Source: an uncultured Planctomycetaceae bacterium
Lineage (GTDB): Bacteria; Planctomycetota; Planctomycetia; Planctomycetales; Planctomycetaceae
Length of the DNA stretch: 46,687 nucleotides
Direction of reading: 5' to 3'
Assembly: GCA_963815195.1 (NCBI GenBank)
Contig: CAWFGE010000003.1
Location: 1-46,687 of the forward strand
Shown here: in pieces, positions 19,473 to 28,400 of the stretch
How the letters are laid out: each line of letters begins with the position of its first letter
Position numbering within the stretch: position 1 is the stretch's first letter
Notes under the pieces: model-generated
The model's input: the letters and a program-made list of their open reading frames with translations, nothing else
What the model was told of the DNA's origin: nothing
The model's database searches: none
Made by a program: the position numbers and the translations under genes

Positions 19473-19868
19473 CTATTTCCTTCCGGTTTCCCGAACGCCT
19501 GGCGACTGGGCGAGCGTGAACAGCACCACTTCTTCCCCGGTGATGACGCTGATGTCGTGGTGCAAGCTGACGACTTCAACACCGGTGATTTCCTGGACTA
19601 GCGTTCCAAGGACCGGCCGCGCCGTTTCAATGAGTTGAGTTCGAACCTCTTTCAGGAGATCACGGCCTTTTTCTGCGGGGAGCGTTTTGACCAGTTGTTG
19701 TTCCGCCACCGTCAGCACTCCCTGCAGACGGACGAGGAGAAGATCGCCAATGAGATGCGCATGAATGTGCTTTGGCCCTCGCCCCATGTAGTCTTGTTCG
19801 AAACGGCTGATTCCGTTGCAAATGGCGGCTTCGATTTCTCCCTGCGTTTTCGCGGTCGTCTTTGCCAT
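19473..19868 (-). CDS. DUF2294 / MpsC-family protein
   Basis: TQGEIEAAI..FEQDYMGRGPK..LLVRLQGVLTVAEQQL..SLHHDISVITGEEVVLFTL. Confidence 0.9.
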   Translation of the reverse strand: MAKTTAKTQGEIEAAICNGISRFEQDYMGRGPKHIHAHLIGDLLLVRLQGVLTVAEQQLVKTLPAEKGRDLLKEVRTQLIETARPVLGTLVQEITGVEVVSLHHDISVITGEEVVLFTLAQSPGVRETGRK

Positions 19869-19969
19869 AGTTCGATGGGGGACTTGATCGTTGATGAAGG
19901 AAGAATCCGATGGGATGCATTATTTCATCCTCATCGTACCCATTCTAGAAGAATTAAGCGATGGCCTCC

Positions 19970-19998
19970 TTGTTATCTTCGGAGTCGGATGCTACAAT
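19970..19998 (+). promoter_or_regulatory. Sigma70-type promoter
   Basis: TTGTTA (19970-19975), 17-nt spacer, TACAAT (19993-19998) with an extended -10 TG. Confidence 0.6.
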
Positions 19999-20004
19999 GA
20001 TTTG

Positions 20005-20149
20005 AGATGGAGTTGCATGAAAATCTCATGCAAATCATCCTTTCGGATGACTTGATAAATCGTAACCCGATCATTTTCGGGAGACGTGTTATTTAGTAAG
20101 CCGACGCGGTGAAACACCTTCGGGTGTTTCACCGCGTCGGCTTTTTTTT
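20005..20149 (+). ncRNA. Candidate structured leader RNA (attenuator) or small RNA
   Basis: Successive hairpins between the promoter and a terminator; the 20049-20102 stem shares bases with the terminator's 5' arm. Confidence 0.5.
20098..20149 (+). terminator. Intrinsic terminator
   Basis: Perfect 21-bp stem AAGCCGACGCGGTGAAACACC / GGTGTTTCACCGCGTCGGCTT with a TTCG loop, running into T8 (20142-20149). Confidence 0.85.
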
Positions 20150-20357
20150 GTTTCGTTGCTGAGTCATTTCGGAATTGCCAATCCCTCTGCGCAACAGCCG
20201 CCCTGTTGCCTACATGCCTGACGGTCTTGCCTAGTATCCAGCCTGCTCATTGAGGGGCATTTAGAGGCGGCGAAATATGCCCGGCGTGGCACGCGGCGGC
20301 ACCCATCAGATTGAAAGTTCCAGAACGGCGGGCGTAGGACCGCCGAAAGTCATTGCC

Positions 20358-20792
20358 ATGAATAGAACCGCTCCAAATCAACCGGATCAAACCATAGAAC
20401 AACAAATTGCGAAAGTGGTCAACGCATTTCAAAAGCGAAATACCGGCCACACGCCGACGGCGGTCACCGTCGTCTTGAGCGAGGAAGCTCTGGTCATCAC
20501 GTTGCACGAAGCCTTGTCGCCCGCGGAAAAGGCTCTCGCCACGAGTGCCGAGGGGGCGGCTCAGATCCAGGAGTTTCATCGACAACTTTTCGCCGCTTCT
20601 TCCAAAACTCTCCGCCAGGAAATCCAGCGGATCACCGGAAGAGTGGTGCGCGAAGCCACGGCGGAAGTCGAACCTGTGACCGGGGCAATCGTGCATGCAT
20701 TCACCACGGGCACCGTGGTGCAGGTCTTTCTTCTCGATAAGGATCCTCGCTCGGAGACGGCGGGCGAATCCGGCCCGAAACCAACCCTTTAG
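20358..20792 (+). CDS. Second DUF2294 / MpsC-family protein
   Basis: QQIAKVVNAFQKRNTGHTPTAVTVVLSEEALVITLHEALSPAEKAL..HAFTTGTVVQVFLL. Confidence 0.85.
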   Translation: MNRTAPNQPDQTIEQQIAKVVNAFQKRNTGHTPTAVTVVLSEEALVITLHEALSPAEKALATSAEGAAQIQEFHRQLFAASSKTLRQEIQRITGRVVREATAEVEPVTGAIVHAFTTGTVVQVFLLDKDPRSETAGESGPKPTL

Positions 20793-20807
20793 AAAAGGAT
20801 TCTCCCC

Positions 20808-21125
20808 ATGTTAATTGTCTCAAGAAGTCTCGATCAATCCGTGATCGTGGGAGAGTTGGATGGTTTGGAACTGATGCTCAAGGTCACGGTGCTTGGGGTC
20901 CGCGGAAAGAAGGTGCGACTGGGATTTGAGGTGCTGTCGGGCGATCTTTCCCGGCCTGCGGTGGTGCGGGAGCCATTTTCCGCCCCTCAACCGAACCTTT
21001 CCCCGAACCCCGGCATGGCGACGACGCAGGAGTGGAATCTTCGAGAGGATCCCAGCGGCGAAGCGGACCGCACGCCTCGCCGACCCAAGCAAGCCCATGC
21101 CACAAGCGAAACACAAACGGACTGA
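20808..21125 (+). CDS. csrA: CsrA/RsmA-like carbon storage regulator with extended C-terminus
   Basis: MLIVSRSLDQSVIVG...KVTVLGVRGKKVRLGF matches the CsrA pattern; AAAGGA RBS. Confidence 0.75.
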   Translation: MLIVSRSLDQSVIVGELDGLELMLKVTVLGVRGKKVRLGFEVLSGDLSRPAVVREPFSAPQPNLSPNPGMATTQEWNLREDPSGEADRTPRRPKQAHATSETQTD

Positions 21126-21304
21126 ATCGTCAAAAATCTTCCGTCTGATCAAACAAGCGGAATCAGGAAACCTCCAGACGATTTTTATTCGCTCGAAATT
21201 CACAGGGTGAGCTTGTTTGGCTCATTCCAGAAGCGCTCGGCGGGATCCCTCCGCGTTTCGCAAGCTCTGTTCGGATCCCAATCTTTCACGACAGGTGATG
21301 ACAC

Positions 21305-22057
21305 ATGAGGACTTTATTTGCAGGTAGTTTGACATTAATGCTGGCAATCCTGACGGGCTGCAGTCAGGGCACTCCCGGTGGGCCGGGAACGACCGACAAG
21401 GACAGTAAAAAGCCGATGTACGGACAGGAGGACAACACCTTCAATCTGAGCGTGCCCAGGACTTCGACATCCCTTCAGCAGGGAGAGCAGTTGGAAACGA
21501 CGGTCGGAATTAAGCGAGCCAAAAACTTCGACCAGGATGTCACGCTCAAGTTCGCTGATGTTCCCAAGGGCGTGACGATCGAACCGGCCAGCCCAGTGAT
21601 TAACAGCAGCGACACGGAATCGAAAATCAAGTTCAAGGCCGGGGACGAAGCCCCATTGGGCGATTTCAAAGTCCAGGTTACGGGACATCCCAGGAAGGGA
21701 GCCGATGCCCAGATCGAGTTCAAACTGACCATTCTAGCGAATGATAGCTTCACGTTGAGCATGCCGGAGGCGACGACGCTCAAACAAGGTACTGAGCAGA
21801 CCGTCCTGATCGGCATCAAACGGGACAAGACCTTTAACCAGGATGTCCCACTAAATCTCGGCCAACTGCCCAAGGGCGTCACCGTTAAGCCGGAAGCTCC
21901 CATGATCAAGCAAGGGAGCACGGAAACGCAGGTCGCACTCGCGGCAGCAAAAGACGCCTCGTTGGGAGAATTCGGCATCAAAGTGACGGGTCATCCGGCG
22001 AAAGGGGCAGACGCCTCGAACGAGTTTAAGCTCACCGTGGTCAAAGAGGGACGGTGA
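21305..22057 (+). CDS. Lipoprotein with two tandem beta-sandwich-like repeats
   Basis: LTGC lipobox; duplicated unit (IKR.K.F.QDV.L...PKGVT..P...GHP.KGADA..EFKLT). Confidence 0.8.
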   Translation: MRTLFAGSLTLMLAILTGCSQGTPGGPGTTDKDSKKPMYGQEDNTFNLSVPRTSTSLQQGEQLETTVGIKRAKNFDQDVTLKFADVPKGVTIEPASPVINSSDTESKIKFKAGDEAPLGDFKVQVTGHPRKGADAQIEFKLTILANDSFTLSMPEATTLKQGTEQTVLIGIKRDKTFNQDVPLNLGQLPKGVTVKPEAPMIKQGSTETQVALAAAKDASLGEFGIKVTGHPAKGADASNEFKLTVVKEGR

Positions 22058-22133
22058 GCGACGACGATGTGGCAATTTAACGCCGCTCGCGGGCGGCAAA
22101 CCAAATGTCTTTTTGAGAAGAAAGCGTGATGTC

Positions 22134-22424
22134 ATGAGTATCGGTAGCATTCTCAGTTGGATCGTCTGCGGATTGGTGGTGGGGATTTGTGCGCGGTTTC
22201 TGGTGCCCGGACGGCAGAGCATGAGTCTGCCGATGACGGTTGTGCTCGGCATCGCCGGTGCTTTGGTGGGCGGGTTTCTCTATTCCCTGATTTGGAGCGG
22301 TTCCGTCGAGCCATTCTCTCTCAGCACCCAGAACTGGTATGGCTGGATCGTCGCGATTTTAGGCGCGATGCTCCTGGTGTGGGCGTTTCCCTTCTTCAGT
22401 TCGAACCGGTGGAGGAACAACTAA
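22134..22424 (+). CDS. GlsB/YeaQ/YmgE-family (transglycosylase-associated) membrane protein
   Basis: ILSWIVCGLVVGICARFLVPG...LGIAGALVGG...AILGAMLL. Confidence 0.88.
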   Translation: MSIGSILSWIVCGLVVGICARFLVPGRQSMSLPMTVVLGIAGALVGGFLYSLIWSGSVEPFSLSTQNWYGWIVAILGAMLLVWAFPFFSSNRWRNN

Positions 22425-22518
22425 GTCGGCATTCATAAGTCGGCATTCATAAGTCGGCATTCATAAGTCGGCATTCATAAGTCGGCATTCATAAGTCGGC
22501 ATTCATAAGTCGGCATTC
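22422..22518 (+). repeat. 14-bp tandem repeat TAAGTCGGCATTCA, 6 full copies plus 13 bp
   Basis: Counted directly; the first unit starts at the upstream gene's TAA stop. Confidence 0.95.
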
Positions 22519-22616
22519 GGCGTATTCAAAACACGGACTCAACCGGCCCGTGCATCACGGAGGTACGTTGCTTTCGTGAACGGTTCAAGAAAGTTTTTCA
22601 ATGAAAGACAGCCATA

Positions 22617-23333
22617 ATGTTTAAGCGAACGTTTTTCACGAGTGCGATCATTTTAGGCCTCGCCGGCCCGCTAATATTCGTTGACGCCATTGCTCAGGGC
22701 GAGAACGAACCAAAGCGTGCGCAGCCTCACCAAGCCGCGTCCAATGAAGCGGCGATACCCGCCTGTCTGGCGAAACTGGATCTTACGAAGCAGCAGGAGA
22801 CACAGATCAAAAACATTGTCCGAGATTATGACAAGGATCTCTCCATGGTTTGGACGCAGTTCGGCGTTCGGTACATGGACACCATCCGCACCGAGGCATT
22901 GTTGTTGGCCGCCATCGAGGACAAACTGACGGACGCCCAAAGGCAACGAGTCCGTGAACAACGCCGCAAGACAGCCCAGCATCAGAAGTCTCTAGAGAGC
23001 ACAGATGCTAAGCCAAACCAAGCGACGAGTAAGCCGGTGAGTGCCGTCGAAGAGGAGCTTTCGATCGTTGGCGTCGCGCTCACAGCCGAACAACAAATTG
23101 CTGCCGACGCACTCCAGGAGAAGTATCTCAGCCAGCTTCGTTCTCTAAATCGGGACATTGAAGGCCTTCACATGCGGCTTGTCTCCCTGGAAGCTGACAA
23201 ACTCGTGGAAATCGAGAAAGTCCTCACCAAGGACCAACTGCTCCAGTTCCGTAAAATCCGGCAAAACGCTCCGGCGACATCGAAGATCGCGGCTCGCCAA
23301 ACTGGCGGCGGTCGTCCTCCAAGTACCGAGTAA
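22617..23333 (+). CDS. Secreted helical protein, Spy/CpxP-like
   Basis: Signal peptide; LTxxQ motifs (LDLTKQQ, LTDAQR, LTAEQQ, VLTKDQ). Confidence 0.65.
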   Translation: MFKRTFFTSAIILGLAGPLIFVDAIAQGENEPKRAQPHQAASNEAAIPACLAKLDLTKQQETQIKNIVRDYDKDLSMVWTQFGVRYMDTIRTEALLLAAIEDKLTDAQRQRVREQRRKTAQHQKSLESTDAKPNQATSKPVSAVEEELSIVGVALTAEQQIAADALQEKYLSQLRSLNRDIEGLHMRLVSLEADKLVEIEKVLTKDQLLQFRKIRQNAPATSKIAARQTGGGRPPSTE

Positions 23334-23465
23334 TGTCATAATAGAACCTGCCTCTTGCGGTATGAAATCTTGATGAGCAAATGCCTGTGAGTTGTCCCCG
23401 TGCCGCAAGGGGCAGAGTTTTTCTTTCTTGGGAATTCAAATCAACGCTTCCGAAAGGAGCCTATC

Positions 23466-23906
23466 GTGTTAAAAACCATTCGCCTTCCATCGCTTGTGAG
23501 TGCAGTCACTTTGGCCGTCTGGCTGGTTACTCCCGCGATGATGAGTTCGAACCAAGCTGCCGCTCAGGGGATTCGAATCCAATTTGGCAGCAACCCTTCC
23601 GGCTATTACAACGGATACGGCAGCGGATATTATGGGTATGGCTCCGGCTACGGAATCGGATACGCTTCTCCTTACACGAGCTATGGATACGGTTCCGGCT
23701 ACACGGGCTATGGATACGGGGTTTACGGACACCGTTCGGCTGGTCTTTACACCTACCCGCGCACGAACATTTACGGCTATGGATACGGCACGCCCTCTTA
23801 TCTATATTCCCCTAGCATACAGTTTCAAGGCAGGGCCTTCGGCCCTAACTATAACCATTTCGGGGGCTATAATTCTTATTATCCGTACGGGTTTCGAAAT
23901 CATTGA
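23466..23906 (+). CDS. Secreted Gly/Tyr-rich protein
   Basis: AAAGGAG RBS before GTG 23466; signal-like N-terminus; GYGSGY low-complexity body. Confidence 0.7.
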   Translation: MLKTIRLPSLVSAVTLAVWLVTPAMMSSNQAAAQGIRIQFGSNPSGYYNGYGSGYYGYGSGYGIGYASPYTSYGYGSGYTGYGYGVYGHRSAGLYTYPRTNIYGYGYGTPSYLYSPSIQFQGRAFGPNYNHFGGYNSYYPYGFRNH

Positions 23907-23981
23907 TCGTCCCAAGAAGATTACACATCGATTGGGCGGAGTTTTTTCGATTAGGCAATTCTCAATGAAAGGTAACCAGAC

Positions 23982-24179
23982 ATGAAAAAGATGACGCTTT
24001 TCAAGGTGGTAATCGTATTGGTGCTCTGCTTTGTCGGGCTGGGCTTCTACCAGGGCTGGTTCGTCCTGTCGAGTCGCGGTGACAATAGTGCCGGAGACCA
24101 CAAAGTTGACATCAACCTGACGGTAGACCCGGACAAAGCGAAAGAGGACGCCAAGAAGGTGGGAGCCGGTGAACTATGA
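23982..24179 (+). CDS. Small membrane-anchored hypothetical protein
   Basis: Single TM segment followed by GFYQGWF..INLTVDPDKAKED. Confidence 0.65.
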   Translation: MKKMTLFKVVIVLVLCFVGLGFYQGWFVLSSRGDNSAGDHKVDINLTVDPDKAKEDAKKVGAGEL

Positions 24180-24260
24180 GCGGACACGGTGTGGGGCCAA
24201 GTTCACGCCGGTCCTCCAAAGACGGCATAAGGAGAACTGACAAATGTTCCGGAGTGAGTA

Positions 24261-25103
24261 ATGACTGATCGTATCTTGGAGCAATTCGACGAGGCCCCGC
24301 CTCTTTTAGAGCATCCCCATCCGCCAGCCCCGCCGCCTTCCATCGAGGGAGAACGGCCGGCGGATCCTGAACCGGAGAACGTTCCGCCCCTTCAACAACT
24401 CCGGATTTACGGCCATTCCTCGCTCCTCTACTGGTGGCCGGTTTTCGTCGTCGGATATGCCATGGCTCTCATCACCTATGGCGAGGGCCACGGATACCAA
24501 GTCGGCCAAAGCCCAACCTGGATTCACCCCAGCAGCAATTTAGGATTGATTTTCTTCGTCACCCTGTTTGTGGTCATCGTGATCACCAATTTCTCCGTGC
24601 GCGGCATGGCCTCCGGGATGGTCATCATGGGAATGGTGCTCCTGACCGTGCTGCTGGCCTTCGTCGGTTGGTGGGACGAGGTCTTTCGCTGGCTTGGCGG
24701 TCTGGAAATTCACCTCGACCTGGGAGCCTATTTTTGGTTTTCCACCCTGATGCTCGTGCTATGGGCCGTGACTCTGTTCGGGGTGGATCGCCTGAGTTAT
24801 TGGGAAGTGACTCCGGGCCAACTGACTTATAAGACGCACTTGGGCGGCGGCTCGAAAAGTTATCCCGCGCAAGGCATGGGATTGGAGAAATACCGCGACG
24901 ATCTGTTCCGGCACTGGCTCCTCGGGCTGGGTTCCGGAGACCTGCAGATTCTTACGTCCGGAGCCACCCGCCGACAGATTGACGTGCGCAACGTTTTGTT
25001 CATTAGCTCAAAGAATCCGGGCGATGCAGACCCTCATCGCCGCAGTTCCCGAAGGAAATTCGGAGTCGCCTTGATACGGCTCTATCCGCAACAAGGCATA
25101 TAA
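24261..25103 (+). CDS. Multi-pass membrane hypothetical protein (possible 3' frameshift)
   Basis: About four hydrophobic segments; HSSLLYWWPV and DDLFRHWLLGLGSGDL blocks. Confidence 0.7.
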   Translation: MTDRILEQFDEAPPLLEHPHPPAPPPSIEGERPADPEPENVPPLQQLRIYGHSSLLYWWPVFVVGYAMALITYGEGHGYQVGQSPTWIHPSSNLGLIFFVTLFVVIVITNFSVRGMASGMVIMGMVLLTVLLAFVGWWDEVFRWLGGLEIHLDLGAYFWFSTLMLVLWAVTLFGVDRLSYWEVTPGQLTYKTHLGGGSKSYPAQGMGLEKYRDDLFRHWLLGLGSGDLQILTSGATRRQIDVRNVLFISSKNPGDADPHRRSSRRKFGVALIRLYPQQGI

Positions 25104-25186
25104 AATCCACATCGAGTGGGGACTCCCGACTGCGACGTTCACGGCAGCGACCTCCACCGAATCTCTAACCCTTGAAAAGGTGATTT

Positions 25187-25345
25187 ATGTCTCTCGTTAC
25201 TATTCTACTGATTGTTTTGGTTTTGATGCTTCTAGGTGTGCTCCCTGCGTGGGGCCATAGCCGCAACTGGGGTTACGGACCGAGCGGCGGGCTGGGGTTA
25301 ATCGTGCTCGTGCTGGTCGTTCTTCTTCTCATGGGACGTGTTTGA
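25187..25345 (+). CDS. DUF3309-family small membrane protein (52 aa, absent from the ORF track)
   Basis: Hand translation: MSLVTILLIVLVLMLLGVLPAWGHSRNWGYGPSGGLGLIVLVLVVLLLMGRV*; AAAAGGTG RBS. Confidence 0.88.
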   Translation: MSLVTILLIVLVLMLLGVLPAWGHSRNWGYGPSGGLGLIVLVLVVLLLMGRV

Positions 25346-25405
25346 TTGATGGCGGAATCACTCGCGTGCCGGGCCGTATCGACAATATAAGCGGCAGCTT
25401 AAAAG

Positions 25406-28400
25406 ATGAGAAGGACGCGTAAATTGCCTGTTCAAAACATCCCGAAGAAGCTCTTGCGGATGATGTCGTGGCGACGGTCTGCCGATCGGAAGTCCATTCG
25501 GACGCACCCCCCAGACGAACAGCCGTTGCGAGCGGAGCTTTTTAGCATTGATCAGCTCGAGCGGCACGCCAAGTCGATCGCGGCTTCGCACCAATTGGCT
25601 AAGGGCCCGGCCCGCGATAAGTTGTTGCCGCGACTTGACGAGAACGAGTGCGTGCTGCTCGAAACCTACGACCTGGTGTCAACGGCTGCGGACCAGAATC
25701 GCCGGATGGAGCCGGCCGCGGAATGGCTGCTCGATAACTTCTACCTCGTCGAAGAACAGATCCGCGTGATTCGGCGGCTGTTGCCGCCATCCTTTAGCCG
25801 CGAGTTGCCCCGTCTGGCCAGCGGCTCCGTCGCCAGTTTTCCACGCGTTTATGGCATCGCCTTGGAACTGATCGCTCATGTGGATGGGCGGATCGATGCC
25901 GTCCACCTCAACAGCTTCATCTCCGCATATCAGTCGGTCGCGTCGCTTAAGCTGGGCGAATTGTGGGCGCTCCCGCTGATGCTGCGGCTGGCGCTGATGG
26001 AGAACTTGCGGCGTGTCGCGGTGCGTATCGCCGCCGCCAGGCGGGACCGCGACTTGGCTGGCGATTGGGCCGAGCGGATGGTCAATATTGTGGAAGAGAA
26101 GCCGACGGACTTGATCCTGGTTTTGGCGGACATGGCCCGCGCCGACCCGCCCTTGTCGGGCGCATTCCTGGCGGAACTGACGCGGCATTTGCAGGGGCAG
26201 AACCCCAACTTTGCATTCGCCAATAGCTGGATCGAACATCGTCTGGCCGATGTCGGCCAGACCACCGAACTGCTCGTGCGTGCCGAAGGACAATCCCAGG
26301 CAGCCGATCAAGTTTCGATCGGCAACAGCATCAATAGCCTACGGTTTTTGAATTCCAATGATTGGCGAAAGTTCGTTGACGAGCACAGCGTGGTCGAACG
26401 GACCCTGTCAAGCGATCCTGCAGGGATCTATGCCCAGATGGATTTTGCGACCCGCGACCGCTACCGGCACGCGGTCGAAGGCATCGCCCGGCGCAGCCGG
26501 ATGACCGAGTACGAAGTGGCGCGAAAGGCGGTGGAACTGGCCGGAGAGCCCCGCGAACGGCCCAGCGACCGCGCAGGGCACGTCGGATATTTCCTGGTCG
26601 ATCGCGGACGCCCGGTGCTGGAGCGGTGCGCCGAGATGCAGCTTACTCCTGCCGTGGTGCTTGAAAAGCTTCGGCGGAAGTTTCCGCTGACGTGTTACCT
26701 GACCATCATCGGGCTAGTGACGCTCGCGAGCGCGCTCTTTTTCTGTTCTGGTCACACGAGCAGGAAGCAGGTTGGTTTTCGCTGCTGGTGCTTGCCGTCC
26801 CCGCGCTCATCTGCGCGTCCCAATTGGGGGTGGGTCTCGCGAATTGGCTGGCGACGCAAGTACTCAGCCCCCAATCGTTGCCCCGAATGGAGTTTGAGGC
26901 GGGCATCCCTCCCGAGCACCGTACTTTGGTGGCGGTGCCCACCATGCTGGCAAGCGCCGCCGGCATCGAGCATTTGCTGGAAGGGCTGGAAGTGCGGTAT
27001 CTCGCCAATCGCGACCCGTGCCTGCATTTCGCCTTGGTGACGGACTTTGTCGATGCCGCGGCAGAGACGCTGCCCTGCGATGCGGAACTCGTGCGCCTGC
27101 GCACGAGGGCATCGAACGATTAAACGAGAAGTACGCAAATGTTGGCGGCGATACTTTTTTTCTCTTTCACCGCGCACGCCACTGGAATGCCCAGGAAGGC
27201 GTCTGGATGGGTCTCGAGCGCAAGCGAGGCAAGTTGGCGGATCTGAACGCCCTGCTGCGCGGCGAGGAAGGACAGTTTCCCGGACATTGCCGGCCGGATT
27301 GCGATCCTGGAGGGCGTGCGCTATGTCATCACGCTCGATACCGACACGCAGTTGCCGCGCGATGCGGCGCGGGAGATGGTGGGGGCAATTGCCCATCCCC
27401 TCAATCAGCCCGTCTTCGATGCCCAATCCAAACGCATCGTCGATGGCTACACTATTTTGCAACCTCGAGTTGGCGTCAGCTTGCCCAGCGCGCAGCGCTC
27501 GCGGTTCGTGCAACTCTTTGCGGACGATGCCGGAATCGATCCGTACACGCGCGTCGTGTCGGACGTGTATCAGGATCTATTTGGCGAAGGTTCGTTCATC
27601 GGCAAGGGAATTTACGATGTCGATTCCTTTGAACGCTGCACCGGCGACTTACCCGAAAACGCGATTCTCAGCCACGACTTGATCGAGGGTGCGTATTGCC
27701 GTTCCGCTCTGCTCAGCGACGTGACGTTGTACGAAGAACATCCTTCACGGTACGTAGCGGACGCGGCCCGCCGGCATCGTTGGATGCGCGGCGACTGGCA
27801 GATTTCTGCGTGGTTGTTGCCTTGGGTGCGCGGACGGTCGGGCCAACGCATTCGCAACTCTCTCACACTGCTGTCGCGGTGGAAGATTTTCGACAACTTG
27901 CGCCGCAGCCTGGTGCCGGTGGCCATGTTGCTCGTTCTGCTCATTTCCTGGTTCACTTCGCCGGGCATCGCGGGATCCGCGTTGCTGTTCCTGGTGAGCG
28001 TGGTCCTGCTGCCAAGGTTGCTGACCGTCGTGGCGGACCTGCTTCGCAAGCCGGCGGACTTGCCGTTGGGGATGCATGTCCGCGTGACGCTGCAATCATT
28101 AGAGCGGCCGCTCGCGCAGAGTGTGTTGACATTCGTGTTTTTGCCTTACGAAGCTTACATCAGCGTCGATGCGATCCTGCGCACGCTGGTGCGCATGGGG
28201 TGGACCAAACGGCGGTTGCTCGAATGGAAGACCGCCAGCGATTCGGAACAAAGCAGCGGCCAACTGGCGGCTTCGTTTCGCTCGATGGCCATTGCGCCCG
28301 CTCTGGGAATCCTGGTGTTCGTCGCGCTCGGCTTTTTCCATCGCGAGATCTTGCCTTTTGCGGCGCCGTTGACCGCCGCGTGGATTGTTTCCCCGCTTGT

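Noticed and set aside
19870..20100. CsrB/RsmZ-like GGA-repeat sRNA next to csrA
   Set aside because: Only about seven GGA motifs, mostly not in hairpin loops and several upstream of the predicted transcription start; too weak to call.
22422..22518. Mini CRISPR array
   Set aside because: Pure tandem repeat with no spacers; the TCGGCA shared with the CRISPR repeat is too short to be meaningful.
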